64,000 nt of DNA from Candidatus Latescibacterota bacterium. Its GTDB lineage: Bacteria; Latescibacterota; UBA2968; UBA8231. Every line of letters starts with the position of its first letter. The first letter of the stretch is position 1. Below the pieces are notes generated by a model that saw only the letters and a list, made by a program, of their open reading frames with translations, ran no database searches and was not told the origin of the DNA. Below, piece by piece: positions 41,291 to 50,468 of this stretch. Location: NCBI GenBank assembly GCA_965200315.1, contig OZ241362.1:3072001-3136000 (forward strand), given 5' to 3'. Both the position numbers and the translations under genes were made by a program.

Positions 41291-41417
41291 GGGAAAAGCC
41301 TTTCGGTGATAAGTGGTTAGTTGACGTTCCTTCTGCCAATCCATATAGGGCCGTGCTAATCTGTAGTCAGGCCAGCCCTGTCATTTCCACGCAATGAGGT
41401 CGTTACAGAGGCCGGAT

Positions 41418-41441
41418 GTCATTCCCGCGCAAGCGGGAATC
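41418..41441. repeat. dRS3-like palindrome ATTCCC-N8-GGGAAT
   Basis: GTCATTCCCGCGCAAGCGGGAATC. Confidence 0.55.
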
Positions 41442-41503
41442 GAAGGGGTAGGGCTGGCACTGCATGTTCTGACCTCTTCAAAGCCGGTGTGTAACATCAG
41501 TGG

Positions 41504-42361
41504 TTAAGCAAACTCCGCCTTCACGGATTTGGGCAGTGGACAATGGGCACCCGGGTGCTGCACCGCGCTGGCACCGGCGGCGCACGCTAAGTCTAGAGCC
41601 TGTTGCGGGGCCATGCCGAGCAGGGAGCTGGCGGCCAGAACCCCGCTAAAGGCGTCGCCAGCGCCGACCGCATCGACGACGGACACGGGCGCGGGCCGTG
41701 CGGCGCACGAAGCCCCCGGAATGTGGAGCTGAGCACCGTCGCCGCCAAAAGTAATCGCCAAGCAATCCAGCGCGTAGCGGGCGATTAAGTCGTCGGGTGC
41801 AGTGACTGCGGCGATGTGGCGCACGGCCTCCCATTCCTCGTCATTGAGCTTGACCATGGTCGCCGCTTCGAGGCCAAAGAGCACGGTCTGCGGCGTATAG
41901 CAGTCCTTGCGTAGGTTGACGTCGAAAAGCCGATGCCGGGGTTTAGCTGCCAGCAAATGCTCTAGCCCCGGACGATTGGCTAGGCTGCGCTGCGCGGCCG
42001 TGCCATAGTAGATCAGGTCGGGGGACTGGTCTAACGCCGGCTTAGTTTCGATGTAGTCCCAAGCCACGCCGGCGCGGATGGTGTAGGAGGGCTGACCATC
42101 GTCGAGCAATACATCGACCGTGCCCGTAGGCTCGGGCCGATCGGCGACCCATTGCTGATCGATGTCGGCGCGCCGGAGAAAGCCTCGCGCCTGCTGCCCC
42201 AGTTCGTCCCGCCCCACCGCGCTGACCATGGCCACGGGAAAGCCGAGCTGGCGCAGATTCCAAGCGAAATTCAGGGAAGCCCCCCCCAAGCAGGTGCGGT
42301 CGGGGAAGCAGTCGTAGAGGATCTCGCCGAAGACGATGGAAGTGAAGTTCGTTTTATCCAT
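41504..42361 (-). CDS. PfkB family carbohydrate kinase
   Basis: GGASLNFA, FDVNLR, KLNDEE, DAVGAGDAF. Confidence 0.92.
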   Translation of the reverse strand: MDKTNFTSIVFGEILYDCFPDRTCLGGASLNFAWNLRQLGFPVAMVSAVGRDELGQQARGFLRRADIDQQWVADRPEPTGTVDVLLDDGQPSYTIRAGVAWDYIETKPALDQSPDLIYYGTAAQRSLANRPGLEHLLAAKPRHRLFDVNLRKDCYTPQTVLFGLEAATMVKLNDEEWEAVRHIAAVTAPDDLIARYALDCLAITFGGDGAQLHIPGASCAARPAPVSVVDAVGAGDAFSGVLAASSLLGMAPQQALDLACAAGASAVQHPGAHCPLPKSVKAEFA

Positions 42362-42368
42362 AGTGTAG

Positions 42369-43361
42369 TTACAACGGCGGAAAGAGCACATAGCCGACGG
42401 CGCTGCGCTCCAACCAGACTTTGCAGAATTCCGCTAGGTCGTACGCCCGTGCGACCTCGTCGTTCGCGGCTGGATCGTTGACCAGCACAGTATCCTCCGC
42501 GCAGCCTCGCACGACGAGCAAGTGCCCAGACGTCCGCGCAATGGCCGCCCGACTCAACTCGCCCACCTCGTAGCGCACGGAGGCAACAATGGGAAAGCCC
42601 GAGTTGAGCAGCGCACGCGCTGCCTCCCAAGAAGGAAAGTGCAATAGATAGCCCAAGAGGCCCCGGCGGGCGGCCGCGTGGATATTGGCCGGCCACACGC
42701 CGTATAGCCCACTGGGCTGGTGGCGCGCCTCCGCAATCACGTCGTAGATGTCCGCGCTACGACCGTAATAGGCGAGGAGCATGGCGACGCTGGTCGGCGA
42801 GCAGACATGGGAAGCTAGCTCGGGCCGCAGAACCATCTGGCTTTGCGGCGGCACAGCGAGGGCCGTATCTCGGCTAGTGAACGTCGGAGCGGGCACTGCG
42901 CCCTTGCGGCGCACCGAAACCGATAGCAAGGCCGGGGCCGTGGGAGAGACGCCTTGGACGCGCAGGTGTAGGGTGGCCGCTTGCAAGGGGCTGCGGATGT
43001 GCAGGAGGTCGATTTCTGCTGAGACCGCTTCGTTTGTCGCACTCACTTCGGCACCGACAAACGAGCCGATCGGGTCGAGGACGGCTCGGCTGCTATGGCC
43101 CGCTTTGGTTGTGCATTCTAGCGCGAACTGATAGCCCCACGCCCCGCGGTGGACGACCGAGAGGCACGGCAGGATTTCTAATGCGCCTTCTAGTGCTGCG
43201 GGTGGTAAGTCAAACGAGAACTCGCCGCCATGCGACTCGACTGAGCTCGCCGAAGTCCATGCCAACGGCCCGATCTGCTTTGGCCAGATGGACAGCGGAA
43301 CGGCGCGTTGCAGCGCGGCCTCGTCCAGCCCTTGGGCAAACAATAGAAGTGCGTTGCTCAT
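42369..43361 (-). CDS. Peptidase C39-like (papain-fold) protein
   Basis: QSQM..VCSPTSVAM (Cys), SGHLLVVRG (His), VNDPA (Asp). Confidence 0.8.
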   Translation of the reverse strand: MSNALLLFAQGLDEAALQRAVPLSIWPKQIGPLAWTSASSVESHGGEFSFDLPPAALEGALEILPCLSVVHRGAWGYQFALECTTKAGHSSRAVLDPIGSFVGAEVSATNEAVSAEIDLLHIRSPLQAATLHLRVQGVSPTAPALLSVSVRRKGAVPAPTFTSRDTALAVPPQSQMVLRPELASHVCSPTSVAMLLAYYGRSADIYDVIAEARHQPSGLYGVWPANIHAAARRGLLGYLLHFPSWEAARALLNSGFPIVASVRYEVGELSRAAIARTSGHLLVVRGCAEDTVLVNDPAANDEVARAYDLAEFCKVWLERSAVGYVLFPPL

Positions 43362-43423
43362 AGGTTCGTTGGGAAGAATCTACCTACACCAGACCAATAA
43401 CTTGTCGTCAATGGGCGCTGAGT

Positions 43424-43476
43424 CCGGGGTCGCGGGCGTTCCGCCTTTGACGCGGGCAAGATGCCCTCGATTCTTG
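43424..43476. repeat. REP-like palindrome of the 3361/6923 class
   Basis: GGGGTCGCGGGCGTTCCGCC...GCGGGCAAGATGCCCTCGATTC. Confidence 0.5.
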
Positions 43477-43556
43477 GAGGCTGGTGCGGTGTAGTTAGGG
43501 AAAGAATACACTCAATCGCTACTGCGTCCAGCAAGGTTTGCCAACGTGCGAGTCGC

Positions 43557-44537
43557 CTATCCCCAGAGTTGGGGATGGGGCGGATGGAGGAGGCTGTCTT
43601 CGTAACGCAGCCCGTGCTCCCGATCTTTTTTTAGAAGCAAAGGGCCGTCGAGATCGACGAAACGGGCTTGTTGCGCCAGCAGAACCGCCGGTGCCATAGC
43701 CAGCGAGGAGGCGATCATGCAGCCGACCATCAAGTCCAATCCGTACGAGTGCGCCGCGGCTGCCAAGCGCAGGCCCTCGCTGAAGCCACCGGTCTTGTCG
43801 AGCTTGAGATTGACGCATTCGTAGCGGGAGGCCAGTTCCGCGAGATCGGCGGCGGTGTGGCAGGATTCGTCGGCGCAAAAGGGGACTGGGTGTTCAAACT
43901 CGGCGAGCAGGGCGTCTTGGGTGGCGGGTAAAGGCTGTTCGATGAGCGCGACTCCCAAGCGAGCTAGTGCAGCCGAGAGCGGCTCAACTTGAGCGACGGA
44001 CCAGCCTTCGTTGGCATCGACGATCAGGGTCGAAGCTGGGGCATTGGCACGGATTGCGGCGACGCGATCGAGATCGTCGCGACCGGCGAGTTTGACCTTG
44101 AGCAGGGGGCGACCGGCGTTCTGGGCGGCGGCCCGGCCCATGGCCTCTGGGTCGTTGAGCGAGAGGGTGTAGGCCGTCGATATTGGACGTGGTGCCGTTA
44201 ATCCGGCTAGCTCGTAAACCGGACGGCCGCTGAGTTTGGCTTCTAAATCCCACAGGGCGCAGTCTAAGGCGTTGCGGGCAGCGCTGGGGGGCAGGGCGCG
44301 TTGCAATGCCGCTCGGTCGAGGCCGGCTTCTACTTGTGGGCGCAGCGATTCTAGCGCGTCTATGGTTCCGGCCACGCTTTCGTTGTAGCGGGGGTAAGGG
44401 ACGCACTCGCCTCGTCCAACGCGGCCGTCGCGGCTCAGCTCGACGACGACGACATCGGCGGTGGTTTTGCCGCCGCGCGAGATGGTGAAGGTCTGGGCGA
44501 GAGGGAAGCTCTCACTGCGAATGGAGAAGCGAGTCAC
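43557..44537 (-). CDS. dgcA: N-acetyl-D-Glu racemase / dipeptide epimerase (enolase superfamily)
   Basis: FTISRG, GECVPYPRY, LKVKL, VDANEGW, IEQP, ADES, KLDKTGG, DLDG; GTG start overlaps the dgcN stop. Confidence 0.85.
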   Translation of the reverse strand: MTRFSIRSESFPLAQTFTISRGGKTTADVVVVELSRDGRVGRGECVPYPRYNESVAGTIDALESLRPQVEAGLDRAALQRALPPSAARNALDCALWDLEAKLSGRPVYELAGLTAPRPISTAYTLSLNDPEAMGRAAAQNAGRPLLKVKLAGRDDLDRVAAIRANAPASTLIVDANEGWSVAQVEPLSAALARLGVALIEQPLPATQDALLAEFEHPVPFCADESCHTAADLAELASRYECVNLKLDKTGGFSEGLRLAAAAHSYGLDLMVGCMIASSLAMAPAVLLAQQARFVDLDGPLLLKKDREHGLRYEDSLLHPPHPQLWG

Positions 44538-45532
44538 AGGGCATCGACCAAGCGCGCGGCTCCTTGGCGCAGCGGATCGACTGCGGGCAGGCCAGCTTGG
44601 CTTTCTATGGTTTTGAGGAGTTCGGAGGCGCAGTCTTGCGGCAAGTGCGAGGTATTGACTGCAATGCCAACGGTGCGGCAGGCTGGGTTGGTGAGCCGGC
44701 CGCACTGCTCGTTGAGGCGAATGCAGTCGAGCAGATCGGGCAGTTGGTATTCGGGCAGGCCGCGCATATGGGGGCGGTTGGGATCGTGGCAGAGGACGAG
44801 CGCGTCGGGCTGGGCACCGTGCATGAGGCCCAGCGACACGCCGGCATAGGAGGCGTGGAATAGCGAACCTTGACCCTCGACTAGGTCCCAGTGCTCGGGG
44901 TGGTTGGCTGGGGTCAGAACCTCGACGGAGCCAGCGAGGAAATCGGAAACCACGGCGTCAACGGCAACGCCCGTCCCAGCGATGAAGATGCCGGTTTGGC
45001 CGGTGGCGCGGAAGGTGCAGGCCATGCCTCGCGCCTGCATCTCGCGCTCAATGGCCAGCGCGGTAAACATCTTGCCGACCGAACAGTCGGTGCCGACGGT
45101 GAGTAGGCGTTTACCCGGGCGTTTGACGCCGGTTGCAATGGGAAAAGCGCGGTCGGAAAAGCGCGCATCTACGAGGCGAGTGCCCTTTGTGCGGGCGCGG
45201 TCGGCCAAGCCGGGGATGGTGCCAAGGCGCGTGTGCAGGCCACTGGCGAGATCGCAGCCGAGGTCGATGGCCTGCAAGAAGGTCTCGCGCCAGAGGTCGG
45301 AGATGGTGCCGCCGCGATTGGCGACGCCGATGATGAGGGTGCGGGCCCCGGCGGTACGCGCTTCGGCGAGGGTTTGGTCGGGCAGTCCGAGGTCGGCGTG
45401 GCAGTCGGGAAGACGGAGCTGACCAATGCAGCGTTCGGGCCGCCAGTGGGCGACGCCAACAGCCGTTTTGGCAGCTAGCTGGTCGGCGGCGTCGCCGAGG
45501 AACAATAGGTATGGGTGCGCGAGCTGGATCAC
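44534..45532 (-). CDS. dgcN: DUF1611 family D-glutamate N-acetyltransferase
   Basis: PYLLFLGDA, AAKTA, VGTDCSVGKMFTAL, RATGQTG, VEGQGSLFH. Confidence 0.88.
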   Translation of the reverse strand: MIQLAHPYLLFLGDAADQLAAKTAVGVAHWRPERCIGQLRLPDCHADLGLPDQTLAEARTAGARTLIIGVANRGGTISDLWRETFLQAIDLGCDLASGLHTRLGTIPGLADRARTKGTRLVDARFSDRAFPIATGVKRPGKRLLTVGTDCSVGKMFTALAIEREMQARGMACTFRATGQTGIFIAGTGVAVDAVVSDFLAGSVEVLTPANHPEHWDLVEGQGSLFHASYAGVSLGLMHGAQPDALVLCHDPNRPHMRGLPEYQLPDLLDCIRLNEQCGRLTNPACRTVGIAVNTSHLPQDCASELLKTIESQAGLPAVDPLRQGAARLVDAL

Positions 45533-46383
45533 GGCCAGCAAAGAGGCATGTCGAGGCGGCGACGGCGCTGCTGCCAGTGCCACTTGTCGCTGCCGGCAAT
45601 GAGCGGCTTGAGGGGTTCGGGCGTTTGGGCGATGAATGCAGCGCTCGGCTCTTGGCCGTTCCAAGCTTGGAACATCGGCGGAGTATAGCCGCCGATGACG
45701 ATGACGCGCTCGCGGTCGGAGCGGATCTGGCCGGTGGCGTGGATCAGGGCCTCGCCAAAGAGCAGGGTTGATCCGGCGGGCGCGACCACTTGGTGGATCA
45801 GCGTGGGGTTCTCGTAGGCCGCCGCGATGATGGTCTCGCGATCGCATTTGACCTTGTGGCTACCGGCGATGACCACGGTGCCGCCGTCGTCTGGGCCTAG
45901 CTCCGTGAGGTTGGTCAGGGTCTTGACAAAAGTGCAGTGGTAGAGGCCGTTTTCGACGTACGTGCCCACGTCAGGGGTGGTGCCGGTGTGGAAGCCGTAG
46001 TGAGGTGAGACATCTGGATCGCGTTCGTTGACGACGGCCTCGGATTCTTCGAGGCGCACGCTGCCACCAACGAGCTCCTCGGCCATGCCGACTAAGCGCG
46101 GATGAGTTAGGTATTTGAAGATCGCGGGATCGGCTTCAAGGATGTGGGCAAAGTGCAGATAGTGAGGCCGATAGGTGGAGAGGCGGCAGTGGCGGACGCG
46201 GGCCTTAGCCGGGTCTGTGGCAGACAGGAGATCGCGTTTGAGCCGGAGCATGGCTTCTAGCAGGCGGTCTGTCAGGTCTTGCTCGATCGCGTTTTCAACC
46301 ACCACATAGCCATAGACTTCGAGGTGATAGCGCTGGGCGGGGGTGAGCGCGGGAAAGGGCCGGATGAATTCGCCGTCGGACAT
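45529..46383 (-). CDS. PhyH-family Fe(II)/2OG enzyme with H-x-G motif
   Basis: GYVVVENA, GFHTG, DGGTVVIAGSHK, EALIHAT, R in ERVIV; stop overlaps the dgcN start. Confidence 0.85.
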   Translation of the reverse strand: MSDGEFIRPFPALTPAQRYHLEVYGYVVVENAIEQDLTDRLLEAMLRLKRDLLSATDPAKARVRHCRLSTYRPHYLHFAHILEADPAIFKYLTHPRLVGMAEELVGGSVRLEESEAVVNERDPDVSPHYGFHTGTTPDVGTYVENGLYHCTFVKTLTNLTELGPDDGGTVVIAGSHKVKCDRETIIAAAYENPTLIHQVVAPAGSTLLFGEALIHATGQIRSDRERVIVIGGYTPPMFQAWNGQEPSAAFIAQTPEPLKPLIAGSDKWHWQQRRRRLDMPLCWP

Positions 46384-46526
46384 GCGCGGAAATATAAGCG
46401 CGGGAAAAGGGAATGCCAACGGGGAAGCAAATGCGCTATTATTGCAGCCAAAAAAGCGGCCCGAACCGCAGCAAATCGCCGTCGGCATCTCGGCGCGTCT
46501 GAGCGAAAATTTAGCGTTGCATTAAA

Positions 46527-46714
46527 GTACTCCTTTTTGCACCTTTAGATGTACATACAAGTACGTGTCTTTTTTTGATTTCGCAAAAATAGCGTATTAT
46601 TAATAAGTTATCTGTCGGAAAATTCCACACTCCCGCGGATTCGCGAAAATATGCTACAATTATGAATTTTCCAGACCGCGCTAAACGTACTTAATTTAGT
46701 ACCATATACAGTAC
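46527..46714. promoter_or_regulatory. GTAC arrays with 12-bp period (putative Phd/YefM operator)
   Basis: GTAC at 46687, 46699, 46711; second set GTAC 46527, GCAC 46539, GTAC 46551, GTAC 46561. Confidence 0.6.
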
Positions 46715-46727
46715 AATATGAGGAAAT

Positions 46728-46985
46728 ATGCTTCAATCCATGCCCATCGCCGAAGTCCGCAAAGTCCTGAATCAATTGCCCGATCGCTTCGCCGCTGAAC
46801 CCGAGGCGAGTGCCCTCGCCGTAACGCGCCGCGGTCATCCGGTGCTGGCGCTGATGCCGTGGTCGCTTTACCAAGGCATTGTCGAAACCTTGGAGGTGCT
46901 CGGCGACGAAGCTCAGTGCGTCGCGCTGCGCGAAGGCATCCGCCAGATTGAGGCAGGCGAGCGCGCCGTTTGGGAAGCGCAATGA
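46728..46985 (+). CDS. Phd/YefM family antitoxin
   Basis: MPIAEVRKVL, VTRRGHPVLALM, YQGIVETLEVL. Confidence 0.85.
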   Translation: MLQSMPIAEVRKVLNQLPDRFAAEPEASALAVTRRGHPVLALMPWSLYQGIVETLEVLGDEAQCVALREGIRQIEAGERAVWEAQ

Positions 46986-47299
46986 CTTTCCGCGTCGTTT
47001 TAGCGCCGTGCGCTTTAGAGTCGCTGCAAGGCGTGCTCAACCGCAGGATCGCCGAACAAGTGGACCAATACATCACAGGGCTAGCAATCGATCCAGAGGA
47101 CCAAGGCTGGCCCTTGGTCGGCGAGTTAAAGGGCTACCGCTGCCTGCGTCCGCCGGGCGGCTGGTTCCGCATTGTCTATCGGGTGGTGCTCGGGGAGGTC
47201 GAGGTGGTGTTGGTGTCGGTAGGGCAGACCCATTTGGCTGGTGGGCGGGACGTGCGCACTCTAGCACGGACGCTGTTTAGCGAGCGACTGCTGAGCTAA
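46982..47299 (+). CDS. RelE/ParE family toxin
   Basis: ATGA overlap with the antitoxin; PEDQGWPLVGELKGYR, FRIVYRV. Confidence 0.8.
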   Translation: MTFRVVLAPCALESLQGVLNRRIAEQVDQYITGLAIDPEDQGWPLVGELKGYRCLRPPGGWFRIVYRVVLGEVEVVLVSVGQTHLAGGRDVRTLARTLFSERLLS

Positions 47300-47374
47300 G
47301 CAACCACCCCTAATAAGTTTCAAAAATTCGATTGAAGAGTGGAACGGGAATATGACCTCTGCTTACCTTATGAA

Positions 47375-47492
47375 TTAGTGGTTAGTGGCCGGTGGTTAGG
47401 TCTCGCCTGCTGTCTGGCCTAAAGGCGCGGTAAAGCCCCACGCCGCTGGGCAGAGGGGGAACTGATCACTGGTCACAGATCACTGACCACTG
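47375..47492. repeat. Inverted pair of heptamer tandem arrays
   Basis: (TTAGTGG)-like units at 47375-47399 and (ACTGAYC)-like units at 47461-47492. Confidence 0.55.
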
Positions 47493-47508
47493 TTTTACCT
47501 AATACGAC

Positions 47509-48069
47509 ATGTCGCGTCGCATCTCAAAGCCTATTTCCCCGTCTGGACTGCGGTCCTTCTTCCAACGTTTGGTATTTCCTGGGTTCACTTCACTGGGCAT
47601 TGCCGACCGCGAAGTGGTCGAGTACGTAGTCGATCTGCTGACGAGCTTTGCGCGCGCCGATCAGCTCTACCGCATCCGCGATCTGCGCGGCCAGCCGCTC
47701 GAAACCATCGCCGAGATGCTGGTGGAACTCGGGCGGCAGCGGCAGCCAGAGCGGCGTTGGTCCTTCGACCGCGAGATGGATATCCGCCGGCACGTAGGCG
47801 ACTACGCGCTTTTTACCAGCGGGCTTTTTCGCACGTGGGTCGAGCGGCAGGGGCTTGGCGGCTACTACTTAGAGCAGGGCAGAAGGGCTTATGGAGCGGC
47901 CGCCGAACTAGCGCAGCTCGGCTTTGTGTCGCAAGCTCGGCTCTTCGGGGCCCTAGAGGAGCAATTCGAGCATTTGTCCGGAGGGCTCGACTACGTGCGC
48001 AAGGTCTATATGCGGCCCGAACTACACGGTGGCTCGCACGGGGCGCTGATGCGCGAGCTAGGGATTTAA
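47509..48069 (+). CDS. Conserved hypothetical helical protein
   Basis: Host-like codon usage; RRHVGDYALFTSGLF and YYLEQGRRAY look like conserved motifs. Confidence 0.7.
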   Translation: MSRRISKPISPSGLRSFFQRLVFPGFTSLGIADREVVEYVVDLLTSFARADQLYRIRDLRGQPLETIAEMLVELGRQRQPERRWSFDREMDIRRHVGDYALFTSGLFRTWVERQGLGGYYLEQGRRAYGAAAELAQLGFVSQARLFGALEEQFEHLSGGLDYVRKVYMRPELHGGSHGALMRELGI

Positions 48070-50408
48070 TAGCTCAGGCCGATGCTGCGGACCAAGGTGC
48101 GGGTGGCGGAATCGCCCACGATCTGCAGGCGAAAGAGGTAGAGGCCGGGCCGGGCCATCGCGCCGGAGTCGCCGCGGCCGTCCCAAGTTAGCTGGTAGTG
48201 GCCGGCCACGCCAGCGGCGTCGCGCAGTGTGCGGACTAGCCTGCCGCGCAGGTCATAGACGCGGGCTTCGATGGGCCGGGCTTCGATGACCTTGAGCACG
48301 TCGAAAGAGATGGCGAGCGCGTCGTTGACGCCGTCGCCGTTGGGAGTAAAAATCCCCGCGCCCATGTCGAGGCGCGTGAATAAGCTGCCGTCCACGGGTA
48401 GCGAGACCGCGTCGCCCGCTCCCTCTAAATCGGGAATTGCATCGCCTGGATCGACCTGCTGACGCAGCGTGTCAAGCCCGCTTTCGCGCTCTAGAAAGGC
48501 GCGGAAGCGGGTATTGTTTTGGAATACAGTAGCGGCAAAATCCAGCTCGACGCGCTCGGCGGCTGCGATGCGCTCGGGCAAGTGCAAGCGGAGGCCCGCA
48601 TCCGTCGTTTCCACCTCGGCGTTGATTGCCGTGCCGTCGATTTGCAGGGCGCGAAACGCGAGGGGCACCGAGGCTTCGAGGGCGATAGCTTCAAAGCCTT
48701 GGCTGTCGCGGGCGAATTCTGGGCGGAGAAAGTACGTGAAGTCGGTTTGTTCGCCCGGCGCAACGAGTGCGGGGTGAACCTCACCGACCGCGGTGCGAGC
48801 CAAAGGACGGGAGTAGATCAAGCTCAGCGCGTCGAGGGCAATGCCGGCCTGCGGGTCATCGGTGCGCAGCTCGGCTTCGAGTTGGACGTAGCGCCGGGGC
48901 GAAGGCGAGCGGAAACGGGTGCCCGTGCGGAGGTATTCCTCGCTCCACACGCTCCAGCCATCGCCGGGTTGGAGCGTGGTTTCGATGGGGCCGCGAAACG
49001 AGGCGATCAGCTTTTCGTAGCGCCTTTTGGTAACCTCTTTGCCGTTTTTGTCGAAGTAGCGCATCTCCTCGACGACGTGGTCGCCGGTGCGGCTGCGCAA
49101 GGAGAATAAGGCTCCGAATGGTGAGTCAATTTCCCACTCAATTGCCGTTATGTTCCAATTGGAGCCGAGGTCGATAACAGGCGAGCGCAGGATGACGCGG
49201 GCCGGGTACCCCTCGCCGTACACTTGGAACTCGCTGACTAGGCCCAGCCCGTCCAAGCGACCGGTGTTGGCGAGATCGCTGCCCGACAGGCCGCCGCCGA
49301 TGATGTTGCCGCCTTGGCTAGTGGGATAGATCAAACGCAGGTAGCGGACGGCGATTAGGGGGACATCGTGGCGAAAATTGCGCACATTGAAGAGATTGCG
49401 GGGGGCAAGGGGAATAGAGGCCAACGCCTGCCAAGATAGTGAGCCGTCGGGTGCCAGCGAGCCGTCGGAGTACTGTATCTTATAGGAGAGGAAGTTGGCG
49501 TAGTAATGCCGCACCCGCGGCGGAATACCCAATGGCTCGCCCAAGAGCCAGACCGAATCGATCCAGTAGGTAGCTCCTAGATCAATGCGGTAATCGCCGA
49601 AGGTCTCGCTGTCGCCACTGGAGCCTTTGGCGAGGGGGTTGACGCGCCACATGGTCGAGAGATCGCCATCGAACATGACCGAAGGAACGCCGGCCACGGC
49701 GACGACGGCAGCCTCGACATCGACGGTGCCGCCTTTGGCAATCAGGTCAAAGGCGATATTGTCGCCAAATGCCATGATGTGGATTTCGGCGAGCGCGGAC
49801 TCACCAGTCATTTCGCGGGTGGCCTCGATGCGGAGAACTTGGACGAGCTCGTCGTCGAGGTCAATCGTCACGTCGCGTTCCTCGTTGAAGGCAAAGCGCT
49901 CACTGTGGCTGTAGAGTAGGGTGCCTTCGACCACGACGTTGGTGCTGTTGATAAAGCGCTCGCCCTTGGAGAGTAAGAGGTTGAAAAAGGGCAAAGGGGG
50001 TGCGCTGTCGGCAAAGCGCAGGCGAATCTGTTGGACGGGGAACACCTGTCCCAAGTCAATCTCGAGCCACCAGTCCGCTGGGGAGGTGCCCGGCGGTGGA
50101 CTCCAGCTAGTGGCGAGGTCGCCGTCAAAGGCGCGGGCAGCCGTAGATTGTGCCGCTCCGGCCCCGCGGACCGTAGCCTCAGAGAGCGGGTCAATGTCTT
50201 TGCCGACCCGCACCGGCCGCAACGAGCCGGCTTCGTCTAGGCGTAGGCTGCCGGGGGGATAGACCCAGTTTTCCCCTATATCCGCCGCAGTCATAACTAG
50301 GCGCTCGGCGCGAATGGAACTGCTACATGGCACCAGCAGGCACAGTGCTAAAGGCAAGAGGCGGAATGGCGGCACGGGCGATAGGTTGTTTTTTAAGGAG
50401 AAAAGCAC
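48066..50408 (-). CDS. Secreted protein with discoidin-like domains and C-terminal FlgD-Ig/TPNGDG domain
   Basis: Signal peptide; AFDGDLATSW..WWLEIDLG; SPSPRRYVQ; FTPNGDGVND, YDLRGRLVR, WDGRG, ends IGLSY*. Confidence 0.8.
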   Translation of the reverse strand: MLFSLKNNLSPVPPFRLLPLALCLLVPCSSSIRAERLVMTAADIGENWVYPPGSLRLDEAGSLRPVRVGKDIDPLSEATVRGAGAAQSTAARAFDGDLATSWSPPPGTSPADWWLEIDLGQVFPVQQIRLRFADSAPPLPFFNLLLSKGERFINSTNVVVEGTLLYSHSERFAFNEERDVTIDLDDELVQVLRIEATREMTGESALAEIHIMAFGDNIAFDLIAKGGTVDVEAAVVAVAGVPSVMFDGDLSTMWRVNPLAKGSSGDSETFGDYRIDLGATYWIDSVWLLGEPLGIPPRVRHYYANFLSYKIQYSDGSLAPDGSLSWQALASIPLAPRNLFNVRNFRHDVPLIAVRYLRLIYPTSQGGNIIGGGLSGSDLANTGRLDGLGLVSEFQVYGEGYPARVILRSPVIDLGSNWNITAIEWEIDSPFGALFSLRSRTGDHVVEEMRYFDKNGKEVTKRRYEKLIASFRGPIETTLQPGDGWSVWSEEYLRTGTRFRSPSPRRYVQLEAELRTDDPQAGIALDALSLIYSRPLARTAVGEVHPALVAPGEQTDFTYFLRPEFARDSQGFEAIALEASVPLAFRALQIDGTAINAEVETTDAGLRLHLPERIAAAERVELDFAATVFQNNTRFRAFLERESGLDTLRQQVDPGDAIPDLEGAGDAVSLPVDGSLFTRLDMGAGIFTPNGDGVNDALAISFDVLKVIEARPIEARVYDLRGRLVRTLRDAAGVAGHYQLTWDGRGDSGAMARPGLYLFRLQIVGDSATRTLVRSIGLSY

Positions 50409-50468
50409 GGCTCAAGCGTCGGATATAAGATATATTGGATTAAGGGCTGGTGCATCCTATAAGCGAAA

